From Tubiluchus corallicola (Eukaryota > Animalia > Priapulida): DNA of 64,000 bases. The notes below the pieces were generated by a model that was not told the DNA's origin, did not search any database, and saw only the letters and a list, made by a program, of their open reading frames with translations. Shown piece by piece: positions 28,271 through 64,000 of the stretch. How positions within the stretch are numbered: the stretch's first letter is position 1; every line of letters begins with the position of its first letter. Location of the stretch: the NCBI GenBank assembly GCA_030141605.1, contig JAQGDQ010000098.1, forward strand, positions 1-64,000, written 5' to 3'. The position numbers were made by a program, and so were the translations under genes.

Positions 28271-29614
28271 CTTTCATAGTCATATTTTTATAACACACCA
28301 GCAGCAGTACTGAGTCTGCTTTTATATACATGCCATAATCAGAAATCAAGTGCAACGATTACATAAAAGCACTATCATAAGCAATTGCACTGCCAACTTA
28401 TATATAAGAGCTAAAATATAATTTACTTAATTATTAATTAACAATAACCACATATGTACTAAGTCAATACTACTACTAGTACACCACAAGTAATTGTACA
28501 CAGTGCTTTCCATATAAAAATAAATCCATAACAGATGTACCGAGATGGTGGGACTGGACTATGATTCAACTATCATCCTAAGGAATCAGTAATGTCTTGA
28601 TATGCTTGTCTTTAAATTTAACTTGTTTTTGAGGATTAAGTGCTAACAGATCCTATCAACATGACAATATGTACACTGCAGACTTATCAAGGATTAGTAG
28701 TGAAATGAGTGATACTACAATTCAGCTAGATGGTGGGGAAGCACTGTAAACTCTCTCACCGAGTAGCAAGGCTGTAATTTAGTTGGGCACTGGCAGATTT
28801 TCTTCTAACAAATGAATGTTTTATAAAAATATGATAATCTCGACTTTATTGTGATCAGGCATATTTGTTATAGCAATAAAAATGTTACGAATGCATGTAC
28901 GTACGCTTTACTCGAAAGATTGTTCTCAAGTTTTGTAGTGCACTGCGGCAGAGAGTATTACAACAACATTAAAATGCTGACAGACATAAATTAATGGTGA
29001 AAACATAATTTTATTAACAATTCAATTAATGCAAAGTACAAAAACCAAATTTGAAAATGTCATTACAAAAAAGAATAAAATTTATGACAAAAACTGACAT
29101 TTACTAGCCAAATTTTATTCATTTAATCATGTTTGAGAACAAAATGTTATATATGAAAATAGAAAGAATTTTAGTAATTAAACCGACAGGCATGCTTAAT
29201 GTACGTGAAACATAATTAGCTCAATACACAATACATTACAATAAACTGCAAATTACAATTTGTAGAGTGCAGGCCCATGCTATACATCAACAATAACACA
29301 ACTCACATAACAAAATAAATTTACAATCCAAAAAATTTAAATCATAATACTTTAACATATAATTAAATTATCTGTCAAATCATTATGTACAAGTTAATAG
29401 AAACTATTAAAATAGCTAGTATGTACAAAATTGTTTAAAAGCTATATAGCAGGTGCATATAAACAACACACTTTGTAATTATATACACTACTCTAAGAAA
29501 ATATTTTGTCAAATGACTGTCCATTTAACAAACTGGTTAAATTCTAACAGCGTTACAGTTAACACAAGCAGTTAGAAACCTGCTCCTAGCTCTAGAGATG
29601 AACCAAAGCGTTAC

Positions 29615-29758
29615 AGAAAAAATATGAATTATCTGGCTGCGAATTTACGACCTCAACATTTCGAGAATATTGGCGCCTTGGAGACACCGACAATGCAGAC
29701 AATGTTTAAATAGTAATAATATGCGATTTCGTGCACTGCAGTCTAATCATACACAAGT
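29615..29758. repeat. 144-bp direct repeat, copy B, in the probable USP8 3' UTR
   Basis: Matches 27496-27639; lies about 1 kb downstream of the USP8 stop and upstream of minus-strand AATAAA signals near 29115, 29015 and 28850. Confidence 0.95.
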
Positions 29759-30795
29759 TGCTTTGTTGTGTCTTTTCACTGTGTATCATTACGTAAAAAA
29801 ACGTTTAATCAGCTCAGTTAGAAAAAAATGCAACTAACTGAAATCCTCTGTAAAAGATACACTGTTAGGTTTTTAAGGACAGCTCATTGATTTTAAACAA
29901 TTTGTCATTAATTCCACTGATATGATGCAAAACTCAATTAGCAACAACGTAAGTAAAAATATGTAGTTATTGAATTCATATTTGGCATTTCATTTAAGGA
30001 ATGTTAAATACTAAAAGAAGTATTATACATTTACTATACCACGCTTCGCTAACAGAAATTTTACTAATTACTGTATTTGCATGGAAAAGATTCTAAAAAA
30101 TACATCCATTATAATGCTTATTTGCAGCAAATATAGTATGATGCTTATGTTGTCTTAACTTTTGCAAGAATACCTGCATAGTTACATCACATAGTTAAAA
30201 GACCAGAGTTACAAATTCAAACAATATATTTACATTTGAAATTTTACAACTGTACGTGGTGTAATAAGAAAGTGACACACTTCTGACCACAAACAGAGAG
30301 GGCAAGAAGAAAGACTCAAAAGCACCTCAACGATTAACGTGTTTGTAGAAAAGACTTCAATGTGATGTTATATGGACCATTGTAGAGGGGCCTCAAAAAC
30401 ATCTTAACATCTCTTACAAAAGATAAGTGAACAAGCACTTGATTCCAGATCTACCTTTGTCACTTTGACTTGGATCAGCTTACGTAATTTTGACCTAAAT
30501 CGACCTATGAGCAACAAAAGAATGGTAATGCTTGAAACTTACAATACAGTCTGTTTTTAACAATAATTCAAAATGGTTCAAATAGTTCTATAATATTCAA
30601 TTTACTACTTATTAAATTTAATACAGCTGCTCATTTTCTGTTAAACAAAATGTTAACAATATGCTAGCAATGAGCCAAACAGTGAACTTTCTAGTGCTAC
30701 GTTTCACCATAGTGTAATCAACACATGTCAAAATTTTATAATTGGACAAATAAAGTGCACTACTATCATTACTGAAATAACTGTACCAGGCTGTA

Positions 30796-55680
<24,885 letters not shown>

Positions 55681-55899
55681 CTGTCTGGCAGGTATGGTCT
55701 AGCTAATTCTTATAAAGAGTTGATAGCCTGCAATTATAAAATTAAATTACTAACTGCTGGAGCCGTTAAATTTATTACTCTATACATGTAGATGGAAGCA
55801 AAGTAAATGTCACGGTAAAAAACAAGCACAACGTAGTTTTTGAGTACCTTAACTCAAGTTACGTAGGTTTTGTTTGTTTGTGATTTACATTTATGTTAT

Positions 55900-58070
55900 A
55901 CCAGACATATTATAAATAGGATTATTAAAAATTTCAGCAAACGAACTGAAAGAAAAAAACTTTTAAAGTTTATTAAATATTTGTTTCTAGAGTATATATT
56001 ACAATGTAAAGTACTGTAAGGAATAATGTGGCTATTATTCCTAACAAATTTGTCATGTTTCACATTCACTGCATTCATAAAAATGATAAATTTAAAGCAC
56101 TAATAAAAAGGAAAACTAGACTGAATAAAAATGGGATAATTATTTAAGATTTGTAAAACAGTAGAAAATATTCAAAAAAAGGAAGGTATTAATCAAAATG
56201 CTTTCCAGGAGTTTTATTCTTATCTAAAAAGTAGAAACAAAGAAGCTACTATTTCCACGAAAAAGCATGATGATATTTAATAGAAAATCTCAGTGATATT
56301 TTAAGATTGTACAAATAGTACTATAAAGAGTTATTAAAACCTACTATTAATAGAGGCTCAAGCTGAAGAGTAAATGAATGTGTGCAATGCTTAAAACAGT
56401 GTTATCTGAATCATAGCATGTGTGACAATGTAACAAGCAAAGATGAGATTATTAATGCAATTAAGCTGCTTCAAAGAATGAAATCTAAAAAGAAAAACTG
56501 GAAAATGAAATGTTAATTGGTGGAGGCCATGACCTTATTAACAGCTTAACTTTAATGTTTAATAGAATGTACAATACAGTGTATATTCCTAAAGAATAGA
56601 AAAATGGTTATTAAGTCAATGTATAAGGGCGTACACGGTGGGTTCATCAGATACTGCCTGTAATAGGAAAGGAATTTTTTGACATTTGTAATTAGCAAGT
56701 TGTTTGAAAGAATATTAATTAAACTTAATAGTGAAATGGTTTAGAAATGTACAAGTAAATTTCGGCGTGAAAGTAAGAAAAACAAAAACACTTCTGATCA
56801 TCTATTTTGTTTTGAGAGTTGCTTTAGATCGGATTTGTTACTTGAATAGAACGGCATGTCTAATGTTTGGTGACATCGAGAAATGTTTTGATAAATTTTG
56901 GTTAAAAGATTGTGAATTTGAAATGTGGACTGTAGGTGTTAAAACACATGGTTCATTATTAAAGCATTATATGAATATAGTTTAAGCAGTAATTCATACA
57001 CCTCTTGGTTTCAATGATAAAGTAAAAATAAGAGAACGTGTTAGGCAAGGACTCCATTAGGGCCTGTTTAGTATAAGATTGCCATGAACAATATTAAATT
57101 AACATTGGAAGGTATCCAGTAACTACATTGTGTGCTGAATGTGAAACACGCACAGATGTTCATGATGTTTTGTCTGTTGGTTCATAATATACAATCCCAA
57201 AATATAGTTATAATTTTCAAGAAATGTTAATGTTCAATTTAAAGAAAACAAAGTATATAGTTATTAATATATGACAGAAAAAAATGTTGATTTTTTAAAC
57301 TTGCATGTTAGGAATAATATAGTTTAATTGTTTTAAAATGATATAAAAGGTTAAATTGAGCAAACAAACGAATATAAATATCTCGGTGATGGATTTTGTG
57401 AGAAAAACAATTCTAGTTTATTGCTTGCAAAAAGAAAAAGTGAAATTCATGACCATGGAAATTTTAAATGTCGATGTGTTAAAACAACAACGTATTGGCA
57501 CAGTGAATTAATACATATTTTTAAAAAACATATGGATTGAGATTGAAGCCATTAACAGTGATGTTGCCACGAAATCACAATGGAAAACCAAAAATTGTTG
57601 AAAAGCAAATAGTATTTCATATTGGAAAACAGGTTGACGAAAAAGTATGTAGTATGGCAAAATTAAGGTTTTTAAAAGATAAGGCTTTTATTAAAAATAA
57701 ATATACTGAGAAATGTTAACGTAAGGAAGCTGGCAAAATGCAAATTAAATCAAATATGATTCATGTTATATCTAATTTTAAAGGCATCTCTAATGGTGAC
57801 ATGTTATGTCAGTTTTGCCACGTAAAATATGACAGTAATTTACATTTGTTTCCAGACTTTCATTTTGAAATCAATGTGCGAGTTTTGGCTTGTAATGACA
57901 TTGTATAACCAGCTGAAAATTTATTAGGAACTTTAGATTAATATCTATCAAGAGATATATTATCAAGAGTTGATATGGATAAGAAAACCCATTTATCATT
58001 TGCGTTGTCAAGAAGTTTAGTTTCTAAAATTAATTTTACAAATATGTGTATTATATAATTAAAGATGACC
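55900..58070 (+). mobile_element. Decayed non-LTR retrotransposon (RT plus C-terminal zinc knuckle) in the inferred first intron of USP8
   Basis: Fragments NEMLIGGGHDLINSLTLMFN, MVIKSMYKG, VISKLFERIL, LMFGDIEKCFDKFWLKDC (ORF 56731..56985), VRQG, EYKYLGD and CQFCHVKYDSNLHLF; heavily disrupted. Confidence 0.85.
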
Positions 58071-58479
58071 ATCTTGCAAATGGCCACTTTTTGTTTGCGC
58101 GTGTTTGCTCGCCAAGCTAGTAAAGCAGGTTCTGTGTATCCAAGAGGTAGAACAAGGAAACAAAACAAGTAGAGGATTAAACTTTTTAGTGTACAACATG
58201 TTCTTCACAACTTTACTGTAACAGACACTTGGGCAAGCTGCAGAATTAAGTCATGGTCTAACAGTAACAGTAACACAGGAAGGTGTTTTTAACTTCTTAT
58301 TCAAGCAATGTCACTTGCATCTCACAGTTTCAACATAAAACTCGTTTGATTTCTCAGTGTCAGTTTGCTAGTATAACGGTTACATAATCAACAGTAACGA
58401 TGTTAAAAAATAATCAACAGAACCACAACTATGAATATGTCTCAGCCTGTAAGTGTCGGTCAGAATCATCTGATGGTTC

Positions 58480-58657
58480 CATTACCGCAAAAATAACAAA
58501 GTTGAATAATCTTAATAACAGAAAACACAAAACTTAATAAATTCAACACCGCACATTTTGCTGGTTACTTTAGTCTGGTTAAAGTCACATGTTTACGGTT
58601 TTTTGTTCTATAAATTTATTTTTTACAATTTGGTTGGAATATGCTTATTTATTAATT
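58480..58657. promoter_or_regulatory. Inferred compact divergent promoter shared by USP8 (-) and ACP6 (+)
   Basis: The USP8 ATG exon has an acceptor at 55728, so a non-coding exon must lie upstream. The LINE relic fills 55900-58070, a candidate minus-strand donor CG|GTAAT sits at 58486/58485, and the ACP6 ATG is at 58658. This is inference only. Confidence 0.45.
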
Positions 58658-61600
58658 ATGTGGCGCCAGTTTAGTGCGGTAGCGTGCGTTTCTGGCGGTT
58701 TTATCACAGCAGCAGCATTTACAAAAAGTGACACCAACTATGCCGAAACAAGTTTACTGTCCGTCTTAATTAAACGCATAGAATTTGTTTGTTCTAAATT
58801 GTTTTCCGTGACTACGGTTGACGCAGCTGGTAAGATTTTGGGTAGTTTGTAGTTGAGGTGATTCTCGCGGAGTAATTTACTCTTGTTGTTTTTGCAGAGT
58901 CCTCGTTGTTTTTTTCTAGTGTTTTAAAAGTGCTCAGGCCTTAACGCATTGAGAGGTGCCTGAAATAGGTCATGATATTATGTTGTCTTTTTATGCTATT
59001 CATATGCATCATTATGATATTGGCAAGCTCCATTTTACAAGCAGGGTTTACCTAACCACATTGTTACTGCACTAACTGTTAAATAATGGATTCAAAGCGC
59101 TGTCAGGGTCAGTCACTATTTTGCAACAATACTGACAACATATATGTAAGGAAGCTAATTATGTTGCGGATCGCTTGAAAGAGTTAAAAGTACTTGGTTA
59201 CCTTGATCCTTGAGCTGAAAATGGGATTGCATGTGTGCTTTCATGTATACATTTTACATTTCACACTAATAAATGAATTATGCATTATTGCCAAATACGA
59301 GAAGAAACAAGTGATGCAACAGCCTATTATTTTGGGTAATCTGTTGTTTTAATGCCTCGACTGACTTTGACCTTAAAAGCTGCCCCACTTTTTATGTCGC
59401 CCAGTCGACAAAATCAGTCAAGCGAGGGACAAGTCTAGTAGACCTTTTGGGTAAACCAAGGATGACAAAGAGGTCAATTTGGACAAGAGGAAAGGCAACT
59501 TCACGAAAATTTGAATTTAATCAGTTTAAATAAATTTTATCTCAAATGATGCACTTGCACTACCTACATGTATTATTAAACTAATGGGCCTACCCATTCA
59601 ATTAACCGCTTCAATGCCTGTTAGGGGTGAGCATCGAGTATTCAAATTCTGTTTGAACAAGTTTTTTTAGTTCGAATCCAACCTGAACCTGAACTTATAA
59701 ATTCAAATAATTCAGTACTTCACCCACAGAGATTCTTTATCGTTAAAATTAAATACTACCTAACTGTGATTTCTGTGCACAATATTTAAAGAACTTATTC
59801 GTGTTTTTACTGCAGAATAAAATCAAATAATGTGAGACCGCTTTTATTTTGATGAACTGAAAATCTTTAAAACTGAATTGGATTCGGATTTCAAAATGCT
59901 AAAATTCGGTTTGATTCAAGTTTTGGAAAGTCACAAAATGGTTCGATTTGAATTTGCTTTTTGGTAGAGAATGCTCTTCCCTACTATGTATGACACGTGA
60001 ATCTCCCGTCATGCAAATGCTATTCTGGCTTGTATTCTGAAATGCTATTTGCCCTGTTTGACGAGACTATACCATCATGTTTAATATGCAAGTTAACTTA
60101 CAAGTATGCCAGTAGCAAAGGCCCTGCACACGGCGGGTGTGCTTTATGAATCAGGCTACTGAAAAATAAACTGTTGTGTTGTCCTTTGTTGGCTAAAAGG
60201 TTAAAATGCACAGACAAAGATAATGTCTAACAATATTCAACAACAAAAATGAATTTTACAATAACATTTATGTAACTAAACTAACAGCGATAAATGTTAT
60301 TAAATGAGACTGATTGATTGATGAAATTTCTGACAGTAGCATTAGAATGTTTAATGAATTGATGTTTTTTTGGAATTTCTTCTGCTATCTAAATAATGGT
60401 TAAATTCAGTTTGGGTGCTCCAAATTACTTGAACTCTAGTAAATTAGATTTGATCTGGATTCGGTAATTTGAAGTTCGGAACCTTGGCTCCCTTTGAATC
60501 GGATGCTCATGAAACTGCCGTACTTCCAATTTTATGTATGCATTTGTAAATATTTGTGTTACAGCAATTGCCCATCAAGGACGTTCTAATGGGTATCTTG
60601 GAAAATTATTTTTGACCTCATGGCTTCTTGTTGTTTATATTTGGTTTTGTTCATTTTTTGTTACAGCAATTTCACGTCTGTCACCTTCAAACCTGTGTTT
60701 GGAAAATGTGCAAATATTTCTTCGACACGGTGCACGAACTCCTTTGGGAATTGTGCCTCCCTTTGCTGAGGTTAGTGCCTAGTAATCAAAAAGCCAATTG
60801 AATGAGAAAATTCCTTTTCTATTTCCCAGTTTTAAAAATCTTTAGCTTGTACATATTGTATGCCAAAAACACTTTTTTGCTGATGCGAATAGTAAAATTA
60901 CCCGTGTGATACTGATCTATTTTAGGTAGAATGGGATAAAAGCTTTGTGGAAGATGTGGACTATACAATGATTCCTATCAATGTTGTTTCAACAGACGGT
61001 GGTCCGAGGCCAGTGTCACGTCACGAACCATATTTCAAAACTGTAGTATTTAAGGTAGAGTTCTTTCAACTCTTCTGATTTAAAAAAATTCATAGTTCAA
61101 ATCTGATACGGTATTTTGTAATTGTCGTTCGTTCCCTTATGCCAGCCAAGACAACAATAGCGTAAAATTTGCAGCAGAATACATGTATGTATTTGTCAAA
61201 GCATGTAGAACGGTCATAATAAAATACTGGGATAAAAAGTACGTTACTTGCTCCTCAACTATCGTATACTGATGGTCATCGAATTACGACCTATGCAACT
61301 TATGCCTAGTTCGACTTTACGACCCGACCACAACTTAATTAATTAAGTATTACAAAACTAACTGTAACCCATATTTCCTTCTATTTTTAAGCATTTTATT
61401 TCGTAAGCCATACTTACTACACATACGTACACACAATATCTTACAGGGATGTACCACTTGAAGCTATCAACTTGCATTTAAGTCGTCTTACGACCAACCT
61501 GTCAGAACCGACTGTGGCCATAAGTCAACGACTACCTGTAGTAGGGACAGGCGACTTGAGTTTATAATATGGTACTCTCGAATAGAAGGGGTAGCCAGGG

Positions 61601-63828
61601 GCGTATTAACCAATAGGCTAACTACGCTATAGCCTAGGGTGCCAAAATATGAGGGTGTCGCATTTTAGAAAAAAATTTTCTTGTTCTCGGAAAATGTGTA
61701 TACTTTCATACTTATGTAAAGGGCGCATTTTATAACACACCACAGGCAGTTACTGAGAGTCGCTTGTATATAAGCTCTACATAACGAACAAGTGCATGGT
61801 ATTACACAACAAACAGTTACACAGCCTAATTGAATATAAACGCTATGCAAATACATATAATTATAATAACCAATGCGTAAACTGGTTAATCAAGCATGCA
61901 TTGAAGCATGCAAAAAAGCAGGCGTACTCGGGTTAAATTGAATTACACCTACTTTTATCCTATAGGGAGGAGCACACATAGGCCAACTTACCACACTAGG
62001 ACAAAAGCAAATGTATGAGTTAGGACGGCAGCTACGACAGGAATACGTTGTAGAGAAACAACTTTTGAGTCCTACATATGTTCCAGGAGAAATATAGTAA
62101 GTATTAATAGCTATAAAGCAAGCTTTTGTTGTTTATCACCTCGACAATTGTGGAACGAGTCGTGTAGCATATGGATAACACAGCCGGAGAATTCAACATT
62201 TCGGGTTTGTATCTTAACTTTGAACCAGAAGATGAACTTTGCAGACGCTGATTAACACTGGGGGATTATCACTGCCATTGCTCTGGTCAGCCAAAGTGGT
62301 TGATGTAGATAAAAGTGCACTGAGTTAAGAAAATCAAAAGACTTAAACTTTATTTAGAGATAGTTTCATTTTGCACCAAGTGCTTTTAGTTTTATCACTC
62401 ACTAGACTGAATTACCTAAAAGCGTTTTATCAAGACACTAGCTTTTTTATGTTCATGGTGGGCAGGTAGATAAACTTGAGTAAATACATGTCCTTCAGAA
62501 GGAAATCGAGATGCAGTGAGGAATGCAGTGACTCAGCCAACATATCATTTTTCAAAATACATTGCAACTGATTCAACTTCAAATAACAGCACCGGTAGCT
62601 TAATATTGCCAAATTTGGCTGTTTTCAGTGCTTTTGGGAATTCTTGCTTTAATATTTATTCATATTATTTGCCACATAATGCACCAAAAATGATGGCAAA
62701 AGTTGTGGAAAACCATTTTAAAGACACGTTTGACATGCCTAAAGATGCTTTCTTTGAAAGCATAGTTTTCAGTCTTAGTCTTGGTCTTGCTGTCAAATGG
62801 TGTTGTCTTGATCTCAATAGTTCTTGTATTGGTTTTAGCCTTGATTTTGAAACTTTTGATCTGATTCTTGATCTTGGCTTTGCTTACCCTGGTTTTGGGC
62901 ACATGTCTGACTAAAATGAAAAAGTAGAAAAACAAGCAAACAAGAGTGCACTGTTAGTCAATTGATTTTGCAGTTTTATTTTTTGCTGATTTGCAGTGCA
63001 AGGTCTACTAACTTGAACAGAACTCTGTACTCAGTACGATGTCTCATGGCTGGTTTATACAATTATCCAAAAGAGCATCCGGCTGGTAAGTGTTTTATGT
63101 TAGGTTGAATGATACACATATTTTCTCATTAGTGTAATGATTGCTTGTCTAGTATAATGTCTCATTTTGTGATATTTTTGCATGAACATTAGGTAAGCTG
63201 CAGAATTTTGAATTAACCTAAGTAGAGGCACGCTTATGGAAAGCCCCGTTGTACTTACAAAAAGTCACGATGTCCACCAGTTATGTCATAATTTTCAAAC
63301 GAATGGTATTATTTATACTCAGTGTTACTATAAATTAACTTTATGCTTTATAGACAAATTTTGCAAATTTCTTTCTATATTTTTCTGGTTTACATGATAG
63401 AAGTAAATACACTTAGCATGCTAAGTGACTGTCTTAGTGACGTCACATTTTGCTTTTTAATAAAGTAGAACATAATAGTGACATATTTATATTTCTATCA
63501 AAACAAATAACTTTACCGTTATTTTATAACTTGACAATAACTTTACATGTTACTTTAATGTGTTCTATTTATATAACCAATCAGTTCTTTAACCAGTTCT
63601 CCATACTTTCCATGGGGTCTTATCATGCCATTGTATGTATGTGTGTACTTTTGTTTGTAGAGCCAATCAATGTTGAAGTTGCTCCAGGTCCTAGTGAGAT
63701 TTTGTACCCCAACTCTACGTACTGCCCTGCACTAAGGTCTTTAATAACAATGCAAATGGTGCCTATAATAGCTGACAATGAATTACCTGGAGTGAAAGAA
63801 GACAGGCTTAAACTTGAGGAAGAATTGC
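58658..63828 (+). CDS. ACP6: Lysophosphatidic acid phosphatase type 6 (histidine acid phosphatase), 3'-partial; exons 58658-58829, 60667-60770, 60926-61054, 61966-62096, 62997-63085, 63661-63828
   Basis: Catalytic VQIFLRHGARTPL (RHGxRxP), then VEW...GGPRP...FKGGAHIGQLTTLGQKQMYELGRQLRQEYV...LSPTY..GEIYARSTNLNRTLYSVRCLMAGLY...SEILYPNSTYC...LPGVKED, collinear with vertebrate ACP6 as I recall it. Exon 1 encodes a targeting-peptide-like N-terminus and is less certain. Confidence 0.92.
59622..59983. mobile_element. hAT-like MITE with degenerate TIRs and ttcga/ttcgg subterminal repeats
   Basis: taggggtgagcat (59622) versus atgctcttcccta (59971-59983); related fragments at 60400-60510 and about 49400-49460. 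No clean 8-bp TSD. Confidence 0.55.
61269..61538. mobile_element. Tigger/pogo-like MITE with TA target duplication
   Basis: TA|ctgatggtcatcgaattacgacc ... ggccataagtcaacgactacctg|TA; imperfect TIRs and internal ttacgacc repeats. Confidence 0.7.
62158..62300 (+). mobile_element. Degenerate tRNA-derived SINE remnant
   Basis: A-box-like tagcatatgg (62165) and B-box-like gggtttgtatc (62203); no tRNA cloverleaf. Confidence 0.35.
62770..62910. mobile_element. DNA-transposon (hAT-like) subterminal region with gtcttg-type repeats
   Basis: agtcttagtcttggtcttg...gtcttgatctc...ttcttgatcttgg; explains spurious ORFs 62516..62914 and 62660..62935. Confidence 0.45.
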
Positions 63829-64000
63829 GTTAGTATACATAAATTTTTATTTTGGGTTTTGTATTAGCCATTAATGTATGTTAATTTCAATTTTACACGT
63901 CATCATCTTAATTTAAGAAAACTTTTCGATTAAATTGTAAATCCATTGCTTTTTAAACTGCATTGCATTAGCCAGTTTGAATTGTAGTAATAATGTGATT

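Overview
AT-rich, intron-rich animal DNA (invertebrate-like; not prokaryotic). I reconstructed four spliced genes by hand, all with GT-AG junctions and consistent reading phases. MESD (+) has four exons and lacks its first, signal-peptide exon in this window. SIN3A (-) has 23 coding exons with an uncertain start codon. USP8 (-) is complete with 22 coding exons. ACP6 (+) shows six exons and runs off the right edge. Introns carry decayed non-LTR retrotransposons, an Academ-like XPG/CXC transposase relic and several MITE/SINE remnants. The standout is that bases 1-976 are an inverted, 99.5%-identical copy of SIN3A 6457-7432, including its penultimate exon with intact splice sites, placed in MESD sense orientation just upstream of MESD exon 2. 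The two copies flank a 5.5-kb segment holding the 3' ends of both convergent genes. This could give a 3'-end-swapping inversion, a SIN3A-MESD chimera, a poison exon or a hairpin RNA; an assembly or haplotype artefact is not excluded. A second 144-bp piece of the SIN3A 5' region has been copied into the probable USP8 3' UTR, and the MESD 3' UTR holds a tandem array of strand-specific hairpins.
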